Origin: an uncultured Planctomycetota bacterium
GTDB taxonomy: Bacteria; Planctomycetota; Planctomycetia; Isosphaerales; Isosphaeraceae
Length of the DNA stretch: 64,000 nt
Assembly (NCBI GenBank): GCA_963823665.1
Contig: CAWGMQ010000004.1
Location: 1,056,001-1,120,000, forward strand
Direction: 5' to 3'
In this document: piece after piece, positions 10,592-20,346 of the stretch
How positions within the stretch are numbered: position 1 is the first letter of the stretch
Layout of the letters: each line of letters opens with the position of its first letter
The notes under the pieces: model-generated
What the model was told of the DNA's origin: nothing
What the model saw: the letters and a program-made list of their open reading frames with translations, nothing else
Database searches by the model: none
Program-made: the position numbers and the translations under genes

Positions 10592-11668
10592 ATGCACCGG
10601 CAACTCATTCGAGCGGTTGTTCTCGCGACGATCGCGTTCACGCATGTTTCCTCGATCCGCGCCGGCGACCTCACGATCACCCGTGTCTTCGGCCCGGAAA
10701 TCCCCACCGGCCCCTACAAGCACCCCGCCAGCATGACCGAGCTCGCGAACGGCGACCTCTACCTGGTGTACTACGGCGGAGAAGGCGAATACGCGATCGA
10801 AACGGCCGTCTTCGGCTCCCGGCTCAAGAAGGGCGAAGCAAAGTGGAGCGATCCCAAGCCGATCGCTCGCGACCCGTTTCGCTCGGTCGGCAACGGCGTG
10901 ATCTGGGAAGCTCCCGACGGCGGCGTCTGGCTCTTTTACGTCGTTCGGTTCGGCGAGACCTGGTCGAACTCGCGCGTGCAGGTCAAGATCTCACGCGACG
11001 GTGCAGAAACCTGGTCCGACGCGTCCGTGCTCTCGCTCGAAGAAGGAACCATGGTGCGCAACCGGCCCATCGTCCTCTCAGGCGGCGATTACCTGCTGCC
11101 GGTCTACCACGAAACCGGGCACGATCCCGAAAAGGTCGGTGCCGACAGCACGTCGCTCTTCTTACGCTATCAGCCTGCGAAGCGGGCCTGGACCAGAACC
11201 GGCCAGATCCGTTCGCCCAAAGGCAACATCCAGCCCGCTGTCGTTGAGCTCCAAGCCAACCACTTGATCGCCTACTGCCGCCGCGGCGGAGACTACGATC
11301 CAAAGACCATCGGCTACATCGTCCGGGCTGAGTCCTCGGACGGGGGGCTCACGTGGAGCGAAGGCAAGGATTCCGCTTTTCCCAACCCGAACGCGGCCGT
11401 CGAATTCCTCAAGCTCAAGAGCGGCCGGCTGCTGCTCATCTTCAACGACAGCATGACCCGGCGCACGCCGCTCGCCGCCGCGATCTCGGAGGATCAGGAC
11501 CGCACCTGGACGTCGCGCCGGAATATCCGCGAAGGTGAAGGCGACTTCGGATATCCGAGCGCGTTTCAAGCGCGCGACGGGCGGATTCACCTTGTGTTCA
11601 CGTCCGAGAGACGCACCGTCGTCAATCATGCCTTGTTTGATGAAGAGTGGGTCATTCACGGTCATTGA
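10592..11668 (+). CDS. secreted BNR/Asp-box sialidase-family protein
   Basis: Signal peptide; Asp-boxes SRDGAETWS, SSDGGLTWS, SEDQDRTWT; RTPL and GYPS motifs. Confidence 0.88.
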   Translation: MHRQLIRAVVLATIAFTHVSSIRAGDLTITRVFGPEIPTGPYKHPASMTELANGDLYLVYYGGEGEYAIETAVFGSRLKKGEAKWSDPKPIARDPFRSVGNGVIWEAPDGGVWLFYVVRFGETWSNSRVQVKISRDGAETWSDASVLSLEEGTMVRNRPIVLSGGDYLLPVYHETGHDPEKVGADSTSLFLRYQPAKRAWTRTGQIRSPKGNIQPAVVELQANHLIAYCRRGGDYDPKTIGYIVRAESSDGGLTWSEGKDSAFPNPNAAVEFLKLKSGRLLLIFNDSMTRRTPLAAAISEDQDRTWTSRRNIREGEGDFGYPSAFQARDGRIHLVFTSERRTVVNHALFDEEWVIHGH

Positions 11669-11682
11669 GACGAACAGGACCG

Positions 11683-12005
11683 ATGCGAAATCAGACCTAT
11701 TTTGCGATTCTGGTCGTGGCAACCGGCGGCCTCATCGACGGTTGGGCGGTCGATACCTCTGCGCAAGCGGCGCGCGAGGCGCCCGAGATCAAAGCGGGCT
11801 GGCGATTCGCGCGGTGTGGACCGCGATCTCCGGCATGCAAGACGTCTCCGGCGGCGTCTTGTGGTCGTGGGCCGATTACAACCACAGGCTACCATTCAGG
11901 TCGCTGGGACCGTTCGGGGCCTTCGGCGCGGTCACAATCGACCGCAAGCCAAAGGCGGCTTTGAAGGCCCTGTCTGCGATGTACGGCGGTGCGCTCGAAA
12001 ACTGA
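11683..12005 (+). pseudogene. internally deleted glycoside hydrolase family 2-like gene
   Basis: Signal peptide + EIKAGWRF is joined out of frame to 'GGVLWSWADY...FGAVTIDRKPKAA', a GH2 TIM-barrel end. Confidence 0.6.
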
Positions 12006-12110
12006 CAGAAAAACGAGATTTCGAGCTCATGAACCGTGAGTTGCTGCGTCTTGTGCCGTGTTCGACGAAGATTGGGTGCTTCGCGGCCGCTGAGCGGTGT
12101 TCCAGGTAGA

Positions 12111-13763
12111 TCATTTGCGTTTCAGAGCGATGCGTCGGATCTGGACCTCTTCGTAGGGGCGGGTCTGGAGCCGGAATTCCTTGATTTGATCGGGGGGCTG
12201 ACCGAACTCGACTACAAGCTGCTGGAAGTTCATCACACCCGAACCCGACCGGATCTCCGCCGGGAGCTCGTTGCCGTCCAAGTCGACCGCGACGATTCGC
12301 ACTGGCTTGTCCTGAACGTTATGAGTCACCGCTATCAGCGTTCCCTTCTCGGTTGCGATTGCCCGACTGAAGATGTAGCTCGGACCGACGCTGCGGCCGA
12401 CAGCGCCTTGATTCTTCCCCCAGGTCCGCTCGGTCTTCCAGGGACCGGCCGCGACCTTGAAAAGAACCGTGCAATCGGCTGCATCAGCCGGGAGCAGGGC
12501 GGTCATCTCGGTCAGACCGGGTAAGGGTTGGCCGTTTCGCGTCGCAGGCCCCCAGGCTGCTCCCTGGGACTCGGTGATCGACCATGTATGGTCTGCTCCG
12601 TCGGGAATGCGGGCCAGACGCACGACAACCAACATACGCACGGCATTCTCGCCGGAGATTCTCGGCTCGCTCGGGTCGCATGGTGCTTGATGGAGCGGCG
12701 TTCCATCGGGACGCCACCAGGTATCGGGGCCGGAGGGGAACGTGGAAATACCGACGACCTCGATGATTGCTCCGTTGGGCAAGCTCCGGACCCAGCGGCG
12801 ATCGCCTGCTGGCTTATCGTTCGGTTTTTCGGCTGGCTGAACGGCAGTCTGCGGAGACTGCGGCGTCTGAATTCCCCCGGGCACAGCCTGCTGCGACACG
12901 GCCTGGGCCGTCACGCCCGCGACGACCAGAGCGCCCGCCGCGGCCAGCTTGAGCTTTTTCCACATCATCATCTTGAGGACTCCTTCGGTGAGATCGGTCA
13001 CTGCCGCCGGGAACGCACCGGTGGCGCACGCTGTTGCCGCGCGGGCCGTGGCTTGAGCAAGCTCCAGTGGAACAGCAGCCCGGGATTGGGCGGTGAGGGC
13101 AGTGGCCATGCCGACTGCGACTGCGCCCGGCGCGAGGCCACGCTGCGCCAGTCTCTGCCGCAGCCTGAGCCGGCCCCTGGTCAGGCGGCTCTTGACTGTG
13201 GCGACCGGCCATTTGAGCTGGCGCGCCGCAAGGTCGTACGTCATGCCCTGAAGGTGACAGAGCTCGACCGGGCATCGGTATTTTGCCGGCAGCCGTTCAA
13301 GCTCCTCACCGACGGCGCGGCGGAGGTCGCTGAGCTCCAGCTCGACCGAGGGATCGCCGGCCGACGCAGGCGGAACCCGGCCGATCCCGGACTTTCGTCG
13401 CTCGGCCCGGGACCGTGCTCGAAGCGCGACGCGGTGGGCGACGCCGTAAAGCCAGCGGCCGAGGGAGCCGTCCACGCGCACCGATCCTGCCTTACGGACA
13501 AGTACGAGGAAGGTGGCCTGGAAGGCGTCCTCCGCCTCGTGGGCATCTGCCAGCACGCGGTGGCACACTCCCCAGACCATCGCTCCGTGACGATCCACCA
13601 AGGCCTCGAACGCCATCTCCGCCGCTGCCACAACTTCAGCCGACTCGGCGCGCCTGGCCTTGTACTGCTCGAGGAGCTCGCTGTCGGTGAGCCCGGTCGC
13701 CGTCCCACCCGCAAACAGGGCTCGCAATTGCCGTAACGCGGAGCCGGGTTGGCCTTTTCCCAT
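12111..13763 (-). CDS. ECF RNA polymerase sigma-70 factor with TM and C-terminal extension
   Basis: RHGAMVWGVC..AEDAFQATFLVLVRKA..WLYGVA (region 2); LPAKYR.PV.LC...VKSRL.RGR (region 4). Confidence 0.92.
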   Translation of the reverse strand: MGKGQPGSALRQLRALFAGGTATGLTDSELLEQYKARRAESAEVVAAAEMAFEALVDRHGAMVWGVCHRVLADAHEAEDAFQATFLVLVRKAGSVRVDGSLGRWLYGVAHRVALRARSRAERRKSGIGRVPPASAGDPSVELELSDLRRAVGEELERLPAKYRCPVELCHLQGMTYDLAARQLKWPVATVKSRLTRGRLRLRQRLAQRGLAPGAVAVGMATALTAQSRAAVPLELAQATARAATACATGAFPAAVTDLTEGVLKMMMWKKLKLAAAGALVVAGVTAQAVSQQAVPGGIQTPQSPQTAVQPAEKPNDKPAGDRRWVRSLPNGAIIEVVGISTFPSGPDTWWRPDGTPLHQAPCDPSEPRISGENAVRMLVVVRLARIPDGADHTWSITESQGAAWGPATRNGQPLPGLTEMTALLPADAADCTVLFKVAAGPWKTERTWGKNQGAVGRSVGPSYIFSRAIATEKGTLIAVTHNVQDKPVRIVAVDLDGNELPAEIRSGSGVMNFQQLVVEFGQPPDQIKEFRLQTRPYEEVQIRRIALKRK

Positions 13764-13941
13764 AGTCGTGCGTCCCGCCGTGATGTTCGATGCCATCCTC
13801 ACTACTATGCACGAAGTCACGCTGACGGACCTGATTTTTTTCCAGCGTCCCCGAAACCCTTCGGCCCGGCGGCCTCGTAGAAACTTCCATCAGGGCGCGG
13901 TGTTTAATCCTTCAGATGAGCTTCATGCCGAGGAGAACGTC

Positions 13942-14607
13942 ATGCGTACCATCGGAATGCTACTGCGGGCGATTGGGAATACATCGTTGATCCTGGCGGC
14001 CCTGGCTTTGCCGGCCGGCTTGGCCCAGGCCAAGGGAGGCCATGGCGGAGGACACCACGGCGGGGGTGGACACCATGGCGGTGGCGGCGGACATCGCGGC
14101 GGGGGTGGGCACCATGGCGGCGGTGGCGGACATCACGGCGCTGGGCACTCGGGACGCGCCGCCCACCGTGGAGGCGGTGCCCATCACTCTTCAGCCGGTC
14201 ATCGCGCCGCCGCCGCACACCACTCAAGTAATCGTCGCGGCTCAGCTCAAATCGCGAGGACGAGCTCTAACCACAATAATGGCAACTCTGCGTCGCGATC
14301 GCACACCTTCAACAACTTTGGCGGCACGAGCAACTCGGCGAGCGTGAACTTGTCGCGCAACAATCGGGCACATGCCGGCGGCGGATTCGGAGCACCGGGC
14401 ATTGGAGCCCTTGGCTCGAATCTTGGTGAGGCAGGGGGCTATAGAGGCTCCGGCTATGGATATGGTAACGGCGGGGGCTACGGCTACGGCAACCGGGGGT
14501 ATGGCTACGGTGGGGGATATGGAAATCGAAACTCCGGGTACGTGAGGGCGTACATCCCGGGAGTCGGGTGGGTGATGGTTCCGATTCGGGCCATCCGGCG
14601 GTTTTGA
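13942..14607 (+). CDS. secreted Gly/His- and Gly/Tyr-rich low-complexity protein
   Basis: GAGGAG RBS, signal peptide ending AQA, GGGHHGG repeats, GYGYG tract. Confidence 0.75.
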   Translation: MRTIGMLLRAIGNTSLILAALALPAGLAQAKGGHGGGHHGGGGHHGGGGGHRGGGGHHGGGGGHHGAGHSGRAAHRGGGAHHSSAGHRAAAAHHSSNRRGSAQIARTSSNHNNGNSASRSHTFNNFGGTSNSASVNLSRNNRAHAGGGFGAPGIGALGSNLGEAGGYRGSGYGYGNGGGYGYGNRGYGYGGGYGNRNSGYVRAYIPGVGWVMVPIRAIRRF

Positions 14608-14642
14608 GATTGTTAAGGTCTTCCACCGCAGGGTCTCTGGGC

Positions 14643-14785
14643 CGGGCGCGCGTCTCGGAGAACCTGCGCCCGACATTCAGGATCTCTGGGCCGTGCGTGC
14701 AAGCGGATCGCCGGGCGGAGCCGGCTCCAACAGGCATGGGCGTGGGGCAGTCGTCCTTGTTGGAGGGGGCTCTGTCCCCCGATCT
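14643..14785. repeat. REP-like palindrome plus imperfect long inverted repeat between convergent genes
   Basis: gggcgcgcgtctcggagaacctgcgcccg; ggcggagccggctccaaca ... tgttggagggggctctgtcc. Confidence 0.55.
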
Positions 14786-14895
14786 TCGCGGTTGGGGCTC
14801 AGGCGCGCTGGGGATAGCGTAAACCGCCGAATTCTGCTCGCCGCTGCCCAGTTGTGTTCCCAGAGCGCCGGATCGTGTCCGGTCGCGGGCGATTC

Positions 14896-17800
14896 TCACG
14901 GCCTCTTTTCGTCCTGAACGGCTTGAAGCTCGGTTTCGGGAACGACCCGGTCCTCCAACGTCGCCTGGAACAGTCCGGGAGCGATCCGGAAGGTTAGGAG
15001 CTTACCATTCCGGAGGATGATGAGCTCCTTCGGCTTTTCGGCAGGGCTTTGACGGCGTCTTGCGTCGATGAATCTGGACGCATTGATGACGTCCTTCTTG
15101 TCATACGTCATCAGGATGTCGCCTCCCTTCAACCCGATCCGCTCTCCCCGACCGCCCGGGTTGACCTCGGTGATAATCGCCCTGCACCGAACGGGCTTGC
15201 CTTCTTGATCGAAGTAGGTCGAATCTGTTCGATTGCCGTGGTCATCGTACATGTTGACGACCTTGGCGTAGCCATGCTTATGCCGCGCCGGCTTGCCTGC
15301 CTCGTCGAAGTAGGCTGTTTCGATCAGGTTGCCGCGGTCGTCGTACTCGTTGGCGACCTTGGCGCAGCCGTTCTTGCTACGCATGGGTTTGCCTGATTCG
15401 TCGAAGTAGGCCCTCTCGATCAGGTGGCCGCGAGCATTGTACTGGGAGGTGACCTTGGCATAGCCATCGTTGGTGCGCGCCGGCTTGCCCGATTCGTCAA
15501 GGTAGGCTTGCTCGACCACATTCCCTCGACCGTCGAGAGTTTGGGTGATGGCAGAGTAACCCCGAACGCCCGCTTCGTACCCAAAAATCGCCTGCCGGAC
15601 TTTTCGGCCCTTTTCATCATAGGCCATCGTCACCCGCGTGAACTCGTTTCTGAACCGCACCGGCTTGCCCGTTTCGTCGAAGTAGGCCTGCTCGATCTGG
15701 TGATCCTGGTGATCGTATTCGGCGGCGAACTTGGTGTAGCCGTCTTTGTGTCGAGTGGGGCGGCCAGCCGCGTCGAAGTATACTTCTTCGATCCGGTTAT
15801 CGCGGTCGTCGTACCGGATGGTGAACCTGGCGAAGCCGTCCTTGAGCTGCACCGGCTTGCCCGCTACGTCGAAGTAAGCTGTGTCGATGAAGTTGCCGCG
15901 GTCATCGTACTTGTTGGTGATCTTGGCGAAGCCGTCCTTGACCTGCACCGGCATGCCCGACTCGTCGAAGAACGACGTCTCCGTTCGGTTGCCGCGTGCG
16001 TCGTAGCTGGCAGTGGACTTGGCGAAGCCGCTGTCAGTCTCGACCGGCTTGCCCGACTCGTCGAAGTAGGCCTCCTGAATCCGGTTGCCGCGCTCGTCGT
16101 ACCGGAGGGTGAACTTGGCGTAGCCGCCCTTGATCTGGACCGGCTTGCCCGACTCGTCAAAGTAGGCTTCCTCGATCCGGTTGCCTTGGTCGTCATACTT
16201 GGCTGTGAATTTGGCGTAGCCGCCCTCGATCTGGACCGGCTTGCCCGCCTCGTCGAAGTAGGCCTCCTCGATCCGGTTGCCTCGGCCGTCAAACTTGGCT
16301 GTGAACTTGGCGTAGCCGCCCTTGATCTGGACCGGCTTGCCCGCCTCGTTGAAGTAGGCCTCCTCGATCCGGTTGCCTTGGTCGTCATACTTGGCTGTGA
16401 ACTTGGCGCAGCCGTCCTTGATCTGCAGCGGCTTGCCCGCCTCGTCGAAGTGGGCCTCCTCGATCCGGTTGCCACGGTCGTCATACTTGGCTGTGAGCTT
16501 TGCGTAGCCATTCTTGTGCCGAGTGGGCCGGCCTGATTCGTCGAAGTAGGCGGCCTCGTCCGCTTGACCACGCTCGTTGTACCTGGCGGTGAATTTGGCG
16601 TGGCCATCCTTGTGCCGAGTGGGCCGGCCTGATTCGTCGAAGTAGGCAGTCTGGTCCGCTTGACCACGCTCGTTGTACCTGGCGGTGGATTTGGCGTAGC
16701 CATCCTTGTGCCGAGCGGGCCGGCCGAATTTGTCAAAGTAGGCAAATTCGATGGCGTTGCCGCATTCATCGTACTGCGCGGTGACCTTGGCGTACCCGCC
16801 CTTGGTCAGCGTCGGTTGGCCGGCCCCATCGAAATACTTTTCCTCGACCAGGTGGCCACGGTCATCGTACCGGGCAGTGATCTTGGCATAGCCGTCTTTG
16901 TTCCGCGTAGCCTCGCCCGCGTCGTCCAGGTACGCCGTCTCGATCCGGTTGCCCCAGTCGTCGTACAGGATGGTGAGCTTGGCGTAGCCGTACTTGCTGC
17001 GAACCGGCTGGCCCGACTCATTCAAGTAGGCCTGTTCGATCAGGTTGCCAGCGTCATCGTACTTGGCGGTCAACCCGGCGAAGCCGTCCCTGCTCAGAAC
17101 CGGCTGGTCATGCGGCCCGAGAAACGTCATTCGCACCCACCAACCATGGGCATCAAATTCCTGATGCTTCCCGTAGATCCCGTCCCGATTCGGTCGACGA
17201 GCATTTCCATTGATATCATAGAATTTAATCTCTTTCGCGAGCCCCCGATCGGAGAGTTCGAATCTCACAAAGCTTGCCTCAGAGCCGGGTACGGCGAACG
17301 TCGATCCCCGCGCGTCGGTGAAATGAGCCGAATCTTCTGAAGTGTAGATAAATTTGAATACAATTCCTCCGGACCGATCCAGGGCTCTTTCCTCGGTCAA
17401 CTGACCTTTCTCGTCGAATCGGTAAATATACGAGCATTCACGCTTGGCCTGCGTCGCATCGTCCCGACTGCCGATATACGTGTCGACCGGGTGCCGCGTT
17501 GTCAACTGGCCGTGTCCGTTGACGACGTCGACCCGCTCCACGCGGCCAGCGCGACGATGAAACTGCAGGGTGTACTGACGGTGGTGGGCCTGTTCCGCGG
17601 TCAGGCGGCCGATCCCAACCGGAATACCCCAGCGTTTCTCAAAGTCCCGGTAGTACTCGATTCGCTCGCGATGAAAATCCCAGTAGGCAAAACCAGCCCC
17701 CAGGACCAGGGAGACGAGCAGGCAGCCCAGCGTCGCCATCGCCGCTGGCAACGGCCGTCGCCGTGCCCATCTCAGGGTGCGACCGAGCGAGCCGACCGGC

Positions 17801-19932
17801 CGCGCCTTGACCGGCTCGCCGACGAGGAAATGACGCAGATCGCCGGCCAGATCGGCGGCGGTGGCGTAGCGGTGGTCCGGTTTCTTTTCCAGGCACTTCG
17901 CGACGATCGCTTCCAGGTCCCGCGGGATCCCCGGGTGAAAAGTGCGCACCCGCTTGGGCTCTTCCAGGACAATCTGTCTCTGCAGCAGGTAGTCCGGCGT
18001 GGACTCCGACGCGCCGTAGAGAGCTCGAAGCGTCAGCAGCTCCCAGAGCACGGCTCCCAGACTATAGACGTCGGTGCGGCGATCGACCTTGGCGGAATCC
18101 AGGATCTGCTCCGGGCTCGAGTACCGCAATGTGCCGACAAACTTGGTGGTCAGGTTCGGTTTGTTCTGCTTGTCGAGCTCGTCGACGAGCTGGGCCAGGC
18201 CCAAGTCCATCAGAACCGCCTGCGTGCCGTCGGCCGTCACCACCACGTTGCCCGGCTTGATGTCGCGGTGAATCACGCCGGCCTGATGCAGCGCATGGGC
18301 CGCCTGGGCGACCTGGCGGACCAGCTCGGCGACCTCTTTGACGTAACCCTGCCGGGCAGGGGCTTGGGTCGGGACGGATGGATGCAGAGAGTCGGCACGC
18401 GACGGGGCCGGCCTGGTGGCGGTCGCCTGGTGATCGCTCAGGGACTGCTCCTCCTTCCGCGAATCCTCGCACGCCTTGCTCAGCGACTCTCGCCAAGTGC
18501 CCAGGTCGAGTCCGGCCGCGCTCGCGCTGCGGGAGTGGAGCGCCCGGCAGAGGGCGGCCAGCGTCGCCCCTTCGGCCAACTCCATCGCGTAGAACCACTG
18601 GTCTCCGTCCACGCCCGAAGTGAAGACCTTGACCACGCTCGGGTGCTCGACCTTGCCCAGAGCGTGGATCTCACGGTCGAACCGCGCCTCGGCCTTGGGG
18701 TCGCCGACTCGGAGCAGGCACTTCAGCGCCACCTGCCGGCCCAAGGACGGCTGCCAGGCTCGATAGACCTTCCCCATGCCCCCGCGGCCCAAGACGCTGA
18801 GCAACTCGAACTCGCCCAGCCGGCGCGGCGGCGGCTCATCCGTGTTCGGGGACGGCGATCCCTGCGGCTCTCCAGCCACCGACTGGTCGGCCCACGCCGC
18901 GACCTGGTCGCTGGCGATAGCGCAGCCCAGAACCCGCGCCAGCAGCGCGCGGTGTTCGGCGCCCAGGTCCGGGCGATCGATTATCGCGCCCGAGATGTAT
19001 CCCAGGTATTCGATTCTTGACCGGCCGCGCCGCGCGTTCAGGAAGAACATCTCCTCCTTGGCGGGATCATATTTCACCATTGGGTGAACGGACCGCAGCG
19101 CCAGAACGTCGGGGCGAGCGGGGAGGCTGGATTTCCCGGGATCCTCGGGTGGTGGGGGATCCTCCACGGAATCGCGGAGAACCGGTGCGTCGAGGTAGAC
19201 ACGCTTGGGCAGCGGCAGTAGGTGAGCCTCCCGCTCGGGCCGCTCAACGGGTTTCAGGGAACGTGGGGCCTCTCCGGTCAGGGCGAGTCGTTCGATGACC
19301 CACGCTCCATCCTCGGCGCGCTCGACAGCCGACACGTACACAAGGCGATACCCTGCCAGCACGTCCAGATGCCCGAGCAACTCGCCCACTCCGGCGAGGA
19401 TCGCTCTACCCATCTGCTCGTCCGACTCCGACGGTCTTACTCCCATGACACCATGGCCGGTCGTCTTGTTTCGGTATTGCACCAATCGCTCGAACAAATC
19501 GCTGACGCGGACTGTACTGTGGGCACCCGCTGCGCCGCCCAGGAATTCGCGCAAGGCCGCATCGAGTGCGGCAGCCCGTGGCAGGTTGCTCCGTGAGCTG
19601 CCCAGGACCAGGTCGCGGACCGCTCGGAACGGCTCGTCGCCGGCGTCGGCGAGGGCAGGGACAAGCAGCCGAACGTACTCCCACCAGTTTCCCAGGGCGG
19701 GACGCGCCAGGCTCGTGAGCCGTTCGGTCAAGACCGGATCGTGCTCGCTTCGCTCGGCATAGGCCACGATCGCCACCGAGCCCAGTAGCTTGAGGGACGC
19801 TTCCCAGAGGTAGTAGGCCACCAGGACTCGCTCGAGCGGCGTCTTGGCATCGTGGGCGCGGCGATGAAGCTGCGCCAGCGGCAACGGGAGGCGCCGGACC
19901 AGTTCTTCATCGGGAGTCAGGTAGCCACTCAT
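14896..19932 (-). CDS. Hanks-type Ser/Thr receptor kinase: N-terminal unknown domain, kinase, TM, ~21 x 32-aa YD-like repeats, PDZ
   Basis: GRGGMGKVY, VALK, HRDIKPGN, DLG, SPEQ, DVYSLG; TM ...CLLVSLVLGAGFAYW; repeats GYAK.T..YDD.GN.IE.AYFDE.GKP; PDZ-like ITEVNPGG.GERIGLK.GDIL. Confidence 0.92.
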   Translation of the reverse strand: MSGYLTPDEELVRRLPLPLAQLHRRAHDAKTPLERVLVAYYLWEASLKLLGSVAIVAYAERSEHDPVLTERLTSLARPALGNWWEYVRLLVPALADAGDEPFRAVRDLVLGSSRSNLPRAAALDAALREFLGGAAGAHSTVRVSDLFERLVQYRNKTTGHGVMGVRPSESDEQMGRAILAGVGELLGHLDVLAGYRLVYVSAVERAEDGAWVIERLALTGEAPRSLKPVERPEREAHLLPLPKRVYLDAPVLRDSVEDPPPPEDPGKSSLPARPDVLALRSVHPMVKYDPAKEEMFFLNARRGRSRIEYLGYISGAIIDRPDLGAEHRALLARVLGCAIASDQVAAWADQSVAGEPQGSPSPNTDEPPPRRLGEFELLSVLGRGGMGKVYRAWQPSLGRQVALKCLLRVGDPKAEARFDREIHALGKVEHPSVVKVFTSGVDGDQWFYAMELAEGATLAALCRALHSRSASAAGLDLGTWRESLSKACEDSRKEEQSLSDHQATATRPAPSRADSLHPSVPTQAPARQGYVKEVAELVRQVAQAAHALHQAGVIHRDIKPGNVVVTADGTQAVLMDLGLAQLVDELDKQNKPNLTTKFVGTLRYSSPEQILDSAKVDRRTDVYSLGAVLWELLTLRALYGASESTPDYLLQRQIVLEEPKRVRTFHPGIPRDLEAIVAKCLEKKPDHRYATAADLAGDLRHFLVGEPVKARPVGSLGRTLRWARRRPLPAAMATLGCLLVSLVLGAGFAYWDFHRERIEYYRDFEKRWGIPVGIGRLTAEQAHHRQYTLQFHRRAGRVERVDVVNGHGQLTTRHPVDTYIGSRDDATQAKRECSYIYRFDEKGQLTEERALDRSGGIVFKFIYTSEDSAHFTDARGSTFAVPGSEASFVRFELSDRGLAKEIKFYDINGNARRPNRDGIYGKHQEFDAHGWWVRMTFLGPHDQPVLSRDGFAGLTAKYDDAGNLIEQAYLNESGQPVRSKYGYAKLTILYDDWGNRIETAYLDDAGEATRNKDGYAKITARYDDRGHLVEEKYFDGAGQPTLTKGGYAKVTAQYDECGNAIEFAYFDKFGRPARHKDGYAKSTARYNERGQADQTAYFDESGRPTRHKDGHAKFTARYNERGQADEAAYFDESGRPTRHKNGYAKLTAKYDDRGNRIEEAHFDEAGKPLQIKDGCAKFTAKYDDQGNRIEEAYFNEAGKPVQIKGGYAKFTAKFDGRGNRIEEAYFDEAGKPVQIEGGYAKFTAKYDDQGNRIEEAYFDESGKPVQIKGGYAKFTLRYDERGNRIQEAYFDESGKPVETDSGFAKSTASYDARGNRTETSFFDESGMPVQVKDGFAKITNKYDDRGNFIDTAYFDVAGKPVQLKDGFARFTIRYDDRDNRIEEVYFDAAGRPTRHKDGYTKFAAEYDHQDHQIEQAYFDETGKPVRFRNEFTRVTMAYDEKGRKVRQAIFGYEAGVRGYSAITQTLDGRGNVVEQAYLDESGKPARTNDGYAKVTSQYNARGHLIERAYFDESGKPMRSKNGCAKVANEYDDRGNLIETAYFDEAGKPARHKHGYAKVVNMYDDHGNRTDSTYFDQEGKPVRCRAIITEVNPGGRGERIGLKGGDILMTYDKKDVINASRFIDARRRQSPAEKPKELIILRNGKLLTFRIAPGLFQATLEDRVVPETELQAVQDEKRP

Positions 19933-20052
19933 GGCGCCACCATCGAAGATCGGGATCGGGGATCTTCACCAACCGGCTCAATCGTGATCAGTGTAAGAGG
20001 CAATTGGCCGGCGTGTCCACGAGCGAGTGGGGTGGGTGATCTGGGGTTGCGT

Positions 20053-20122
20053 CCCGGGGCGGGGTCGGAGACACGCGCCCTACCGCGGGCCCCGGGGCGG
20101 GGTCGGAGACCCTCGCCCAACA
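20053..20122. repeat. two direct copies of a REP-like palindrome (gggcggggtcggagacccgcgccc family)
   Basis: Copies at 20053 and 20091; same family at 57751..57776 and degenerate at 14643. Confidence 0.75.
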
Positions 20123-20346
20123 GGAAAAATCCAAAACTCTTGCTAATGAACCGTGGCTTGCTGCGTCTAAAGCTGATAGAGACGCCCCGGATGCCCGAGA
20201 TCGGCCTCGGGGTGATCTGACCGTCGGGAACTTGCGTGCAATCACCAGGTCGGATGGCGAGGCGGCTCGCCCCGCTTGCGCACTATCCCGGAATTCGCGA
20301 GCCAGGCGAAGTGCGCCGCGGGTGGAAGCCGTCGGGAGGAACGACG

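Noticed and set aside
15190..17190. DGR template/variable repeats or CRISPR-like array
   Set aside because: In-frame 96-bp coding repeats; no reverse transcriptase; I noticed no adenine-specific pattern of differences
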